Shown here in pieces: positions 14,540 through 26,488 of a DNA stretch of 32,000 bases. Position 1 is the first letter of the stretch. The number at the start of each line of letters is the position of its first letter. The position numbers and the translations under genes are program-made. The notes below the pieces were generated by a model. The model saw only the letters and a list, made by a program, of their open reading frames with translations. It made no database searches and had not been told where the DNA came from. The stretch is from Erysipelotrichaceae bacterium (GTDB lineage: Bacteria; Bacillota_I; Bacilli_A; Erysipelotrichales; Erysipelotrichaceae). The DNA is taken from assembly GCA_030604855.1 (NCBI GenBank), contig JAUVVC010000011.1, forward strand, positions 1 to 32,000. The letters run 5' to 3'.

Positions 14540-16411
14540 ATGAAGAAAATCTGGTTCATCTTACTCTTCTTGGGTTTTAGCTTCCTTTCTGTCCAAGCAC
14601 AGGAACCCGTGGAGATCACCCACTTCAATACCAACATCGTTATCGATGAAAATGGTCTGATGCAAGTCGATCAGTTTTTGGATGTTCAGTTCAATGAGTA
14701 CCGACATGGCATTTATGCCTACATACCGCAGAGCTATGACATGATCTGGAACATCGATAATCAAGATATTGAGAAGTCTTACTATTTCCCTGTTCGAAAA
14801 GTCAGAGTCATCGGAGATCCTTATGAAATTGAAACTGACAGTTATAACAATGTCTTGATCAAGATTGGGGATGCGGATGATTATGTCTATGGTCCAAAGT
14901 CCTATCACTACAGCTATACCTTACAGTTAAGGGATCTGGATTTGGATGGTCTTCAAGCCCTTTACTTCAACATCGTCGGTGAAGGCTGGCAACTTCCGAT
15001 TCAGAAAACCAGTTTCACCATCACTCTTCCAAAGGCATGGCCATCGGACATCCAATTCTATACCGGCTTCTATGGCGAACAAGGGGATGCGGATATTCAA
15101 CCCATCATCAACGGAAACACCTTGACAGCGACATACGATGTGCCTTTGATGACATTCCAGGCGTTAACGATCTATGCCCCTCTACCCGATGATTTCTTTA
15201 CCTTTATCCCACCTACGGATTTCAGTATGATCATTCTGGGTTCTTTAATAGGTTTATTACTTCTAACAGTGTTCTTGTATTTCAAGTTTGGTAAGGATGA
15301 TTTGGTTGTGGAGAGTGTAGAGTTCAATCCCATCCCTGGTTTAAGCAGTGCTCAGGCAGGCTTTGTCTATGATGGGTTTGTGGATACGAAGGACATTCTT
15401 TCCTTGATCATCGAATGGGCATACAAAGGCTATTTGACGATCACTGAGGAGGATAAGGATGCATTTACTTTAACCAAGTTGAAAGACTTGGACAATACCT
15501 CGATTCGTGCTGAACAAGCACTCTTCAATGGCTTGTTTAAGTCTGGCGATATCGCTACAAAAGATTCTTTAAAGAATACCTTCTATATTTCATTGGCCCA
15601 TGCGAAGAATGATATCTATCGATATTTCCAAGGAAATAAAGAGAGACATATCTACTCCAATACAGCGAGTGCACTGAAAGTACTCTTCGCAAGTCTTTGT
15701 TTTATCCCATTCGCTCTACTCTTTGCGAATGCCTATTACCAAATCAGTTACCAAGGCACACTCTCCTTAGTCATCGCTGGGGCCATCTTTGTCTTTGGTT
15801 CCTTGATTTCCGCATGGTTGATCTATGTGGTCAAACGCTGGTCTTCACAAAAGTCCGCATTGAATATCCTGAGTGCGATTGGTTTGTTTATGGTTGGTGG
15901 TCTATATGTCATCGCCACCTTCGCATTAGCGTTTTACTTCAATGTTCCTGTTTGGACCTATGCGTTCACACTCATCCTTACACTCATCATCTTAGCTTTA
16001 GTGAGCGTCATGGATCGTCGTACAGAATTGGGCATTCATTACTTAGGTAAACTGATTGGACTCAAACGTTTCATCGAGACTGCTGAAAAAGATCGCCTTG
16101 AGATGATGGTTCATGATGATCCAACTTACTTCTATAAGATCCTACCCTATGCCTATGTCTTGAATGTATCCGATGTATGGTCCAAGAAATTTGAAAGCAT
16201 TGCGATCGAACAACCGGACTGGTATGTTGGATCAACACCACATCTTAATTCCTACCTCTTCATGCGTAACTTTAGTCATACCCTCAGCTCCATGAATCAA
16301 GTCATGACTTCCATTCCTCAATCGTCTGGCAAAGGCGGCGGTGGATTCGGTGGTGGAGGCGGAGGCTTCAGTGGTGGTGGCTTCGGCGGCGGTGGCGGCG
16401 GAAGCTGGTAA
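14540..16411 (+). CDS. DUF2207-like membrane protein with poly-glycine C-terminal tail
   Basis: 623 aa. Signal peptide MKKIWFILLFLGFSFLSVQAQ, an extracytoplasmic N-domain of about 200 aa and several TM segments. The tail is SSGKGGGGFGGGGGGFSGGGFGGGGGGSW. Pairing with lemA is the usual context for this family, as I recall it. Confidence 0.7.
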   Translation: MKKIWFILLFLGFSFLSVQAQEPVEITHFNTNIVIDENGLMQVDQFLDVQFNEYRHGIYAYIPQSYDMIWNIDNQDIEKSYYFPVRKVRVIGDPYEIETDSYNNVLIKIGDADDYVYGPKSYHYSYTLQLRDLDLDGLQALYFNIVGEGWQLPIQKTSFTITLPKAWPSDIQFYTGFYGEQGDADIQPIINGNTLTATYDVPLMTFQALTIYAPLPDDFFTFIPPTDFSMIILGSLIGLLLLTVFLYFKFGKDDLVVESVEFNPIPGLSSAQAGFVYDGFVDTKDILSLIIEWAYKGYLTITEEDKDAFTLTKLKDLDNTSIRAEQALFNGLFKSGDIATKDSLKNTFYISLAHAKNDIYRYFQGNKERHIYSNTASALKVLFASLCFIPFALLFANAYYQISYQGTLSLVIAGAIFVFGSLISAWLIYVVKRWSSQKSALNILSAIGLFMVGGLYVIATFALAFYFNVPVWTYAFTLILTLIILALVSVMDRRTELGIHYLGKLIGLKRFIETAEKDRLEMMVHDDPTYFYKILPYAYVLNVSDVWSKKFESIAIEQPDWYVGSTPHLNSYLFMRNFSHTLSSMNQVMTSIPQSSGKGGGGFGGGGGGFSGGGFGGGGGGSW

Positions 16412-16428
16412 GCTCTAACTCTAATGAG

Positions 16429-16457
16429 AAGCAATCTTACAAGGGATTGCTTTTTTA
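16429..16457 (+). terminator. Rho-independent terminator of the lemA/DUF2207 unit
   Basis: aagcaatc (16429-16436) pairs with gattgctt (16445-16452), followed by TTTT. Confidence 0.75.
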
Positions 16458-16463
16458 ATCCAA

Positions 16464-16489
16464 CAAAAAAGTAAGCTCTTCAGCTTACT
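16464..16489 (-). terminator. Rho-independent terminator of smpB
   Basis: Minus strand reads AGUAAGCU-GAAG-AGCUUACU followed by UUUUUGUU. The stem overlaps the smpB stop codon (16485-16487). Confidence 0.75.
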
Positions 16490-16940
16490 TTAATCGACTC
16501 TTCATTACTTTTTGAATCTCACGTTTTGCATCGCGTTCTTTTTCACTTTGACGCTTATCATGAAGCTCTTTACCTTGAGCTAAAGCAATCTCTAGTTTTG
16601 CTCGACCATCCACCAACAGAAGTTGGAGCGGAATGATCGTGAATCCTTTGAGAACAACTTTCTTCTGCAATCGCACGATCTCATGTTTATGAAGCAAGAG
16701 CTTACGTTCACGTGTTTCTTCGTGATTGAAGATATTGCCTTGTGTATAATGTGCGATGTACATGTCACGAATAAAAGCTTCACCATTGACGAAGTGGATG
16801 TATGCATCTTTGAATTGAACGGTACCTTTACGGATCGATTTGATCTCAGTACCGGTTAGAACCAAGCCTGCTTCTACTTTTTCGATGATGAAGTAATCAT
16901 GAAATGCTTTACGATTTACGGATACTATTTTACTCGCCAT
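16485..16940 (-). CDS. smpB: SsrA-binding protein SmpB
   Basis: 151 aa. N-terminal KIVSVNRKAFHDYFI...GTEIKSIR pattern and a basic C-terminal tail. It lies downstream of rnr, as in Bacillus. Confidence 0.9.
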   Translation of the reverse strand: MASKIVSVNRKAFHDYFIIEKVEAGLVLTGTEIKSIRKGTVQFKDAYIHFVNGEAFIRDMYIAHYTQGNIFNHEETRERKLLLHKHEIVRLQKKVVLKGFTIIPLQLLLVDGRAKLEIALAQGKELHDKRQSEKERDAKREIQKVMKSRLK

Positions 16941-16955
16941 AGAACCTCTGCTTTA

Positions 16956-19016
16956 TTAGTCTACCACAAAATCAATCGTTTGCTTAGCTTTATCCGCACC
17001 GATCAATTTAACTTTTACCTTCTGACCCAAAGCGAATTTCTGCTTACTTCCACGCTTTACCAAAGTGTAACGGTCCGCATCGAATTCATAGAAACCTTTG
17101 AGATTGGACACATGAACCAAGCCTTCGACCGTATTGGGCAGACGGACAAAGAAGCCGAATTTAGTTACAGAGGAGATGATGCCATTGAAGGATTCACCGA
17201 TATGTTTGACCATGTATTCCGCCTTTTTCATCGCTTCCACATCTCGTTCTGACTCGACGGCACGCTGTTCACAAATGGAGGTCTCAAAGCCCAAGTCTTC
17301 CATCAAGAGTTCATCACGATGAAGTTCCTGAGGATGATGGGTGAAGACATGTTTACGAAGCATTCGGTGAACGATCAAGTCCGGATAACGACGTATCGGG
17401 GATGTGAAATGACAATAATCTTCCAAGGCCAAACCAAAATGACCTTGCGGGTCTTTATCATATTTCGCTTTAGACATACTTCTCAGTAATAGATCATTGA
17501 CAATTAAAGCCTCATCACGATCTTCGAATTTAGCCAATAATTGTTGGATGACTTTAGGATTCAAATGTTCATGACGAACTTTGACACCCCAATACCAAGC
17601 AATGCGTGAGAATTCCGCAAAACGTTTCTTATCCGGCGCTTCATGCACACGATAAAGGGCTGGAATTTCCATCCACTTCATCTGTGTCGCCACCGCTTGA
17701 TTGGCACAAACCATGAAATCTTCAATCAAGAGCTCAGCCTCGCCTTGTGTACGGGCTTCAATCTTGATGATTTCTTTTTCTTTGTTTAATATGAATTTTG
17801 ATTCAACGGAATTGAAATCAATCGCTCCATCCCGTCTACGACGTTCACGAATACGATGTGCACAATCCAGCATATCCTCAACCATCGGAACCAACGCTTC
17901 AAACTTCTTGAGTGCAGCTTTATCGTTTTTGATCATGCGATTGACATTGGTATACGTCATGCGTTTGCTTGAACGAATGATGGAGGGGTGGATCTCATAA
18001 CTGTCGATTTCACCATCCAAAGTGATCTTCATTGAACAGGTCATCGTAAAACGATCTTCCCCTTCAACTAAAGAGCAGATACCATTCGAGATTGCATACG
18101 GAAGCATTGGGACGACACGATCGACCACATACACCGATGTGCCACGTCGACGTGCTTCTTTATCCAATGCACTGTTTTCGGTGATGTAATAGCTTACGTC
18201 CGCAATATGGACATCCAATTGATAACCATCTGGTAGTTTTTGAATACTGATCGCATCATCAAAATCCTTCGCATCCTCACCATCAATAGTGATGACTGTA
18301 CGATTACGATAATCCACACGTTTCTCATTTGGATCATATGTAACTTTCATGGGGATCGCTTCCACTTCAGAATCGATCTGTTCGTTCCATTCCATTGGGA
18401 CTTGATGATTTAATAATACCGTTAAGATATCCATCCCTGGATCATTCACATGACCTAAGATACGATTGACCTTAACCTTTAATTCTTCATTTCCATACTC
18501 TACGATATCTAAGATACATTGATGACCTTCTACCAAATGGGAGACATCCGAATCCATGAGTTTGATCTTCTGGAGCAGACGTGCTTCTTGGACTTCAAAG
18601 TGTTTACGTTTCCACGTACCCACAAGTTGTGTCGTATTGCGTTTGATGACTTTAACGATTTCACCTTCAGCACTCAAGTCCGCAAAGACTTTCGGTTTAA
18701 CCAAGACTTCGTCCTCATGCATCGCACCTTTGAATTGGTTCGGTGGAATGAAGAGGGAACCATCTTGATGATCCACAAATCCAAAGCCCTTTGGATGAAT
18801 CGTCAGTTTACCCTTGACCCAATCACTCTTATCCATGAGGATAAGTTTTTGTTTCTTGGTATACATGATCTCATAATCATTTTCCAAACTTAAAACAAGC
18901 TTATTAAAAGCTTCGATTTCTTGTACACTTTGTAGATTTAATTTTTTGATCCACTCTTCCACGGTATTGGGTTTATCCTGCGTGGCGAGTAGACGTAATA
19001 GTTCTGTTTTTTCCAT
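16956..19016 (-). CDS. rnr: Ribonuclease R
   Basis: 686 aa. N-terminal OB/cold-shock-like region, RNB catalytic motif IDGEDAKDFDDAIS and a C-terminal S1 domain (GIISSVTKFGFFVRL). Confidence 0.9.
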   Translation of the reverse strand: MEKTELLRLLATQDKPNTVEEWIKKLNLQSVQEIEAFNKLVLSLENDYEIMYTKKQKLILMDKSDWVKGKLTIHPKGFGFVDHQDGSLFIPPNQFKGAMHEDEVLVKPKVFADLSAEGEIVKVIKRNTTQLVGTWKRKHFEVQEARLLQKIKLMDSDVSHLVEGHQCILDIVEYGNEELKVKVNRILGHVNDPGMDILTVLLNHQVPMEWNEQIDSEVEAIPMKVTYDPNEKRVDYRNRTVITIDGEDAKDFDDAISIQKLPDGYQLDVHIADVSYYITENSALDKEARRRGTSVYVVDRVVPMLPYAISNGICSLVEGEDRFTMTCSMKITLDGEIDSYEIHPSIIRSSKRMTYTNVNRMIKNDKAALKKFEALVPMVEDMLDCAHRIRERRRRDGAIDFNSVESKFILNKEKEIIKIEARTQGEAELLIEDFMVCANQAVATQMKWMEIPALYRVHEAPDKKRFAEFSRIAWYWGVKVRHEHLNPKVIQQLLAKFEDRDEALIVNDLLLRSMSKAKYDKDPQGHFGLALEDYCHFTSPIRRYPDLIVHRMLRKHVFTHHPQELHRDELLMEDLGFETSICEQRAVESERDVEAMKKAEYMVKHIGESFNGIISSVTKFGFFVRLPNTVEGLVHVSNLKGFYEFDADRYTLVKRGSKQKFALGQKVKVKLIGADKAKQTIDFVVD

Positions 19017-19020
19017 GGTA

Positions 19021-19041
19021 ATAAAAAAGGCCTAAAGGCCT
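19021..19041 (-). terminator. Short GC hairpin plus U-tract after secG
   Basis: Minus strand reads AGGCC-UUUA-GGCCU followed by UUUUUU. It lies between the secG stop (19043) and the rnr start (19016). Confidence 0.45.
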
Positions 19042-19042
19042 A

Positions 19043-19264
19043 TTAAAAGATGTTTGCTAAAATCACTAAGACGAAGAAGCTGATGCCTAGAGCCAAAGTT
19101 ATGCGGGAGATGGTCTTTTCTGCTCCACGTTCTTTGACATTCTCAAATAGGTTCAATCCACCACTTCCAGAGAAAGCGCTGCTGATACCTTCAGATTTCC
19201 CACTTTGTAATAATGACAACAAGATTAATAAGGCTGATACGATCATGAGTGCGATATCGAGCAT
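19043..19264 (-). CDS. secG: Preprotein translocase subunit SecG
   Basis: 73 aa with two TM segments and the central LLQSGKSEG...FSGSGG motif. AAGGAG SD. Confidence 0.85.
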   Translation of the reverse strand: MLDIALMIVSALLILLSLLQSGKSEGISSAFSGSGGLNLFENVKERGAEKTISRITLALGISFFVLVILANIF

Positions 19265-19291
19265 AGGGTTCTCCTTTCAAGTTGCTTTGAT

Positions 19292-19320
19292 ATTATAGCA
19301 TTGCGAAAAATAAAGTACAA
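19292..19320 (-). promoter_or_regulatory. secG promoter
   Basis: Minus strand has TTGTAC (19320-19315), a 17-bp spacer and TATAAT (19297-19292). Confidence 0.55.
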
Positions 19321-19338
19321 GTAGCACACCGAATGCCT

Positions 19339-19369
19339 AAAAGAAAAGAGTTCAGATTGCTCTGAACTC
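19339..19369 (-). terminator. Rho-independent terminator of the pgk-tpiA-eno operon
   Basis: Minus strand reads GAGUUCAGA-GCAA-UCUGAACUC followed by UUUUCUUUU, 7 nt after the eno stop. Confidence 0.8.
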
Positions 19370-19375
19370 AAGGTC

Positions 19376-21432
<2,057 letters not shown>

Positions 21433-22629
21433 TTATTTCTCTTGAATGACCGCAATACCCGGTAATTCTTTTCCTTCCATGAATTCCAAGGATGCACCAC
21501 CACCTGTCGAGATGTGGCTGAAATCATCTTGGAAACCATTTTCAATTGCTGCACGAGCAGAATCCCCACCACCAATTACTGTGTAAGCACCTGGTAATGA
21601 AGAAATCGCCTTACAAACTTCAATGGTTCCAGTCGCATAGGTCTTCATTTCAAAGACACCCATCGGACCATTCCAAACAACCGTCTTAGCACCTTCAAGT
21701 GCTTTGGCAAACAATTCAACGGATTTAGGACCGATATCCAATCCCATGTAATCACTTGGGATTGCGGAATCATCGGCCAAATAATTATCTGCTTCTTCAC
21801 TGAACGCTGCCGCAACTCTGAAATCCACTGGCAACACAAGCTTATCGCCCGCCTTCGCCATGATTTCTTTTGCCAAATCAAGCTTATCATCTTCACATAG
21901 TGAAGTACCGATTTCCTTGCCTTGAGCTTTCAAGAAGGTATACGCCATCCCACCACCAATGATGACACGGTCAGCTGTTGTTAATAGATTTTCAATGACA
22001 TTGATCTTATCGGAAACTTTAGCACCACCCAAGATCGCCACGAATGGACGTTCTGGATTGTGAACAGCCTTACCCAATGCCACAACTTCTTTTTCAACCA
22101 AGAAGCCCAAGGCGCTTGGAAGAATTTCCGCAACACCCACAGTACTGGAGTGTGCACGGTGAACGGAACCAAAGGCATCCGTTACAAACAAATCCGCCAA
22201 ACTTGCCCAATACTTGGAAAGTTCAGGATCATTCTTGCTTTCGCCTTTTTCATAACGTGTATTCTGAACCAATAAGATTTCTTTTTCTTGGAGCGCTTCT
22301 ACAGCCGCTTCCAACGCTTCACCACGTGTCACATCGCAAAATTTGACTGGCACATTGACCAACTCACCCAAACGAAGCGCAACCGGAGCCATATTATTTT
22401 TCTTCTTATCAGAAACTGTCTTCTCAGGATCTTTATGATCGACTTTACCTAAATGCGATAAAAGGATCAATTTAGCGCCCTGCTCAACCAAATAATTGAT
22501 GGTCGGCAATGCTTGAACGATACGGTTATCATCCTTAATGACACCGTCTTTAATTGGCACATTGAAATCAACGCGAACGATGACTTTCTTACCACTGACA
22601 TTCAAATCTTTGACTGTCTTTTTTGCCAT
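21433..22629 (-). CDS. pgk: Phosphoglycerate kinase
   Basis: 398 aa. RVDFNVP N-terminal motif, with GGGDS and [10 protein letters not shown] at the C-terminus. AGGAGG SD. Confidence 0.95.
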   Translation of the reverse strand: MAKKTVKDLNVSGKKVIVRVDFNVPIKDGVIKDDNRIVQALPTINYLVEQGAKLILLSHLGKVDHKDPEKTVSDKKKNNMAPVALRLGELVNVPVKFCDVTRGEALEAAVEALQEKEILLVQNTRYEKGESKNDPELSKYWASLADLFVTDAFGSVHRAHSSTVGVAEILPSALGFLVEKEVVALGKAVHNPERPFVAILGGAKVSDKINVIENLLTTADRVIIGGGMAYTFLKAQGKEIGTSLCEDDKLDLAKEIMAKAGDKLVLPVDFRVAAAFSEEADNYLADDSAIPSDYMGLDIGPKSVELFAKALEGAKTVVWNGPMGVFEMKTYATGTIEVCKAISSLPGAYTVIGGGDSARAAIENGFQDDFSHISTGGGASLEFMEGKELPGIAVIQEK

Positions 22630-22655
22630 ACTATTTCCTCCTTGAGTACCTTTGT

Positions 22656-22684
22656 ATTATAGCATTGACACCTCTTTCATTCAA
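22656..22684 (-). promoter_or_regulatory. pgk promoter (extended -10)
   Basis: Minus strand has TTGAAT (22684-22679), a 17-bp spacer and TGCTATAAT (22664-22656). Confidence 0.6.
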
Positions 22685-22700
22685 TGATTACACCAACGGA

Positions 22701-22716
22701 TGTGAGCGTTTTCACA
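22701..22716. promoter_or_regulatory. Candidate catabolite-responsive element (cre) upstream of the pgk promoter
   Basis: Minus strand TGTGAAAACGCTCACA. The core GTGAAAACGCTCACA fits the remembered cre consensus WTGNAANCGNWNNCW at 14 of 15 positions. Confidence 0.45.
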
Positions 22717-22740
22717 AAAAGAAAAGAGGAAAATCCTCTT
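22717..22740 (-). terminator. Rho-independent terminator of the glg operon
   Basis: Minus strand reads AAGAGGA-UUU-UCCUCUU followed by UUCUUUUUG, beginning inside the glgA TAA stop codon. Confidence 0.75.
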
Positions 22741-24173
22741 TATTTTAAACGAAAATCAATCAGCTCCGCATACTCATGCGCAGACTTCTGCCAAGACACA
22801 TCTTTAGCCATCGCCTGTTTACGCAAGGTCTTGAAATCTTCCTTACGATCCGTGTAAGTTTCCAAAGCCAACCACAAGACATGTTTGAAATCATTCACGT
22901 TCATTGGGATGAAACTAAAGCCTGTTCCTTCCTTGGTAAATTGATTGTACGGTTGAACCGTATCCTTCAAACCACCTGTCTCACGAACGACTGGAAGGGT
23001 TCCATAACGCATCGCGATCAACTGTGAAATACCACAAGGTTCGAACGCACTTGGCATCAACAACACATCGGCTCCCGCATAAATACGGTGCGCCAACGAT
23101 TCATTGTATCCACAATAGAAGACTGCACGACGAGGATAACGGAACTCAATGGCTTTGAGTTCATTCTCAGCCCATGAATCGCCCGTACCCAACACTACAA
23201 CCTGAATATCCCAACCCATGATGTCATGCATCGCTTGGGTCAAAAGACTGACACCTTTTTGATCGGTCAAGCGTGAAACCATCGCTACCAACATCACATC
23301 CGGATCTTCACGTAAACCCAATTCCTTTTGGATGGCAAGCTTGTTCGCTTTCTTACCACGTGTTACGGTCTTTGCGCTGAATTTCTCAGCCAGATGATCA
23401 TCGCTTGCGGGATCCCAAAGATCCACATCAATACCGTTCACGATGCCAAAGAGATCCGCTTGTCTGAGCTGTAAGACATATTCCATGTTTTCACCAAACT
23501 CAGGCGTCAAGATTTCATGAGCATAGGTCTTGGATACAGTCGTAACCAAATCTGAATATAAAATACCCGCCTTCATCGTACTGATGCCATCTTTGAATCG
23601 CAAACGTCCATCAAAGTAGTAATCATTCGATAATCCAAAACAACTTTCTAAAATATCGTAAGGGAAATACCCTTGGAACAATAAATTATGAATCGTAAAC
23701 AAGGTCAAAGGCGTTTTGATGCGCTTCGCATACACCGTCTTTGCCAACAATGGAATCATTCCTGCATGCCAATCATGCGCATGCAAGACATCCGGTTCCA
23801 CGATTTTCTCTTCAATCATTCTTAAAACCGCATGACTGAAGAAAGCAAAACGCTCGCCATCATCACCATAACCATAATAGCCATCCCGTTCAAAATACGG
23901 AGCGTGTTCCACCAGATAGAAGGTCACATCATCGATCACTTTCGAATAGATGGTTGCGATCGTATGAATGACACCGACATCCACCTTGAATGTCTTTACC
24001 TTGGTTAAACTGCTGTGCATCGTTTTCGCTGTCTTTAAATACAAAGGCATGACCACCGATACTTCAAAGCCTTCACCCTTCATTGCCTGAGGCAATGAAC
24101 CAATGACATCCGCCAAACCACCCGTTTTAACAAAAGGTAGCCCTTCCGATGCCACAAACAGCAATTTCTTCAT
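22740..24173 (-). CDS. glgA: Glycogen synthase
   Basis: 477 aa. N-terminal MKKLLFVASEGLPFVKTGGLADV motif. Confidence 0.93.
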   Translation of the reverse strand: MKKLLFVASEGLPFVKTGGLADVIGSLPQAMKGEGFEVSVVMPLYLKTAKTMHSSLTKVKTFKVDVGVIHTIATIYSKVIDDVTFYLVEHAPYFERDGYYGYGDDGERFAFFSHAVLRMIEEKIVEPDVLHAHDWHAGMIPLLAKTVYAKRIKTPLTLFTIHNLLFQGYFPYDILESCFGLSNDYYFDGRLRFKDGISTMKAGILYSDLVTTVSKTYAHEILTPEFGENMEYVLQLRQADLFGIVNGIDVDLWDPASDDHLAEKFSAKTVTRGKKANKLAIQKELGLREDPDVMLVAMVSRLTDQKGVSLLTQAMHDIMGWDIQVVVLGTGDSWAENELKAIEFRYPRRAVFYCGYNESLAHRIYAGADVLLMPSAFEPCGISQLIAMRYGTLPVVRETGGLKDTVQPYNQFTKEGTGFSFIPMNVNDFKHVLWLALETYTDRKEDFKTLRKQAMAKDVSWQKSAHEYAELIDFRLK

Positions 24174-24175
24174 TC

Positions 24176-25291
24176 CTATACCCGGTCTTGCCGCTTCACA
24201 TAGAGAACACTGTTCTCTTCTGCGACAAGCTCTTTAACCTTTGAAACCTGTGCCGATTTATCCACAACGACACGTTTGACATGCACATTCTCACCAATCA
24301 CCGAACCTTCCAATACAATGGAATCCTCAATAACGGCACCTTGTTTCACAATGACACCACGACCCAATACGGAATTGATGATCGTTCCTTCAATATAACA
24401 ACCATTCGCGATCACCGATTTCTTGACTCTTGCGTCTGGTGTGTACTGCGTTGGACAGGAATCGCTGGTGCGTGTATGAATCGGCCAGTCTGGATTGAAC
24501 AGTTGTTTCCCAATCTCATAGTCCGTCAATTCCATATTCACACGATAATACTCATCCAAGGAGTTGATACAAGCCACATAGCCTTTGACTGGATAGCCCA
24601 CCATATTGAGGAGGGGAGCTTGTTCCTGGAGGACATCACGCAATGTGTAGAAGGAAGAAATATTATCCGCTAAATGAATCAAATGGATAAAAAGTTCCTT
24701 ACTCATCATATACGCCGCTAAAGACACATGCCGATTCTTATACTTCCCACGGTTGACTTCAATTTCCTCAACCTGTTTCTTATCACTCAACTTCAAAGTA
24801 TCGACACCAATGAAAGACTCATGTGCATTGTTCACTGTCTTATACAAGACTGTCACATCCACTTTACTTTCTAGATGTTGCTGGTAGACTTCTTCCAAGT
24901 TCACGGTATAGATCATATGACTTGGCATGATCATGACGTATTCCTGCTTCGCATCTTCGATGAAACGCATGTTCTGCAAGAACGCCGTAATATCATGGTT
25001 GTATGCTTCGGATTGGGTTGCTTCTTCACCGGTCAAGATGCGAAGCTTCCCTTGTTTTGAATTGATGTTGTATTGACGACCACTGCCCAAATGTTCAATG
25101 ACCGATCGTGGCTTATGTTTGACATAGACCTGTATGTGTCGGATTCCAGAATTCGTCATGTTTGAAATCGCAAAATCAATCAAACGATAACGCGCCAAGA
25201 ATGAAAGCGAAGGTATCGGACGGTAATTATCCAGACCCTGTACTTTTACCGAGGCATCATCATAATTGATAAGTCCAAGTATGTTGTTCAT
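24176..25291 (-). CDS. glgD: Glucose-1-phosphate adenylyltransferase, GlgD (regulatory) subunit
   Basis: 371 aa. Nucleotidyl-transferase plus left-handed beta-helix layout, but it lacks the GGxGxRL loop of GlgC. Its position between glgC and glgA is as in Firmicutes. AGGGGGA SD. Confidence 0.85.
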   Translation of the reverse strand: MNNILGLINYDDASVKVQGLDNYRPIPSLSFLARYRLIDFAISNMTNSGIRHIQVYVKHKPRSVIEHLGSGRQYNINSKQGKLRILTGEEATQSEAYNHDITAFLQNMRFIEDAKQEYVMIMPSHMIYTVNLEEVYQQHLESKVDVTVLYKTVNNAHESFIGVDTLKLSDKKQVEEIEVNRGKYKNRHVSLAAYMMSKELFIHLIHLADNISSFYTLRDVLQEQAPLLNMVGYPVKGYVACINSLDEYYRVNMELTDYEIGKQLFNPDWPIHTRTSDSCPTQYTPDARVKKSVIANGCYIEGTIINSVLGRGVIVKQGAVIEDSIVLEGSVIGENVHVKRVVVDKSAQVSKVKELVAEENSVLYVKRQDRV

Positions 25292-25303
25292 CGTTCTGTC
25301 CCC

Positions 25304-26425
25304 CTATGCATTCTGTGAAATCAATTCGATTTCACCACTCTCTGATCCCACGGTCACATCTTCAGAAATGCATACTTCATCCGCAACAATCACGCGTTGG
25401 ACGACCGCACCTTTCTTCACATGCGAGAATGGCATCAAGACACTATCCTTCACGACCGCTCCTGCTTCAACCTTTACACCCGTAAAGAGCACTGAATTGA
25501 CGACACGGCCTTCGATTTCACAACCTTGATTGATGTACGCATTTTCAATGGATGCTTCCGGTCCAATGTATTGTGGTGGAACCGTGATGTCTTCTGTATA
25601 GATCTTCCAAGCGGGATCCGCCAAGTTGATTTCATCACGATGATAAATCAAATCCATATTGGCTTCCCATAAACTATCGATCGTACCGACATCCTTCCAA
25701 TAACCCTTGAAGCGATAAGCAAACAAACGTTTCTTTTCACTCAAGAACGTAGGAATGATATTCTTGCCAAAATCATGTTCAGAATCTTCAATCAAGACAT
25801 CATCTTGAAGCGCCTTCTTCAATTGAGGCCAACTGAAGATGTAGATCCCCATCGAAGCCAAATTTGATTTTGGATTCTTTGGTTTTTCTTCAAACTCATA
25901 AATCTGTCCATCCGGATGTGCATTCATGATGCCAAAACGCGACGCATCCTTCAAAGGAACTTCCAAGACCGCAACGGTCAAATCTGCCTTATTCTTTTTA
26001 TGATCTTCCAACATGGCATCATAATCCATCTTATAGATATGATCCCCAGAAAGAATCAATACATAATCTGGATCATATTGATCCACGAAGTCAATATTCT
26101 GCGTAATCGCATCCGCTGTACCGCGATACAAACCAAAACCTTCGCTCTTTTCACGTGGAGGCAAGACATAGATGCCACTATCCTTGGCATCCAAGCCCCA
26201 ACGTTGGTCTTGTGCAACGTATGAATTCAACAAGACCGATTCATACTGCGTCAAAACACCAATGACCTGAATATTCGAATTCGCACAATTACTGAGGGGA
26301 AAGTCGATGATGCGGTATTTCCCCCCGAAATATACCGCAGGTTTAGCAACTTTATTGGTAAGGTCAAAAAGACGTGATCCACGTCCGCCTGCCAATATCA
26401 TTGCGATCATATTATGTTTTCGCAT
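25304..26425 (-). CDS. glgC: Glucose-1-phosphate adenylyltransferase
   Basis: [10 protein letters not shown] motif. The preferred start is ATG 26425 ([14 protein letters not shown]), with AGGAGGG 5 nt upstream. The ORF track extends 10 codons further, to 26455. Confidence 0.92.
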   Translation of the reverse strand: MRKHNMIAMILAGGRGSRLFDLTNKVAKPAVYFGGKYRIIDFPLSNCANSNIQVIGVLTQYESVLLNSYVAQDQRWGLDAKDSGIYVLPPREKSEGFGLYRGTADAITQNIDFVDQYDPDYVLILSGDHIYKMDYDAMLEDHKKNKADLTVAVLEVPLKDASRFGIMNAHPDGQIYEFEEKPKNPKSNLASMGIYIFSWPQLKKALQDDVLIEDSEHDFGKNIIPTFLSEKKRLFAYRFKGYWKDVGTIDSLWEANMDLIYHRDEINLADPAWKIYTEDITVPPQYIGPEASIENAYINQGCEIEGRVVNSVLFTGVKVEAGAVVKDSVLMPFSHVKKGAVVQRVIVADEVCISEDVTVGSESGEIELISQNA

Positions 26426-26488
26426 GCGTACCCTCCTAGAGTCGGCTATACGCATATTATACCTTTTTTTGTTAATGAACTCTACACG

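Noticed and set aside
16331-16408. GGN-rich repetitive DNA as a tandem repeat, VNTR or CRISPR-like array
   Set aside because: It is in frame within the DUF2207-like ORF and simply encodes the poly-Gly/Phe tail. There is no spacer/repeat periodicity.
16592-18893. Antisense or alternative-frame ORFs within smpB and rnr (16592-16807, 16623-16859, 16899-17252, 17134-17322, 17701-18000, 18519-18893, 18556-18768)
   Set aside because: They are embedded in strongly supported SmpB and RNase R coding sequences. They have no ribosome-binding sites and no recognisable motifs.
26426-26455. Longer N-terminal versions of glgC (to 26455), the MFS gene (to 30462), folC (to 28548) and EIIB-2 (to 30 nt... 13830)
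   Set aside because: Internal ATG starts have better SD placement or give canonical N-termini. The longer forms start at GTG or lack an SD. The true start remains uncertain for the MFS gene and for PhnD-2.
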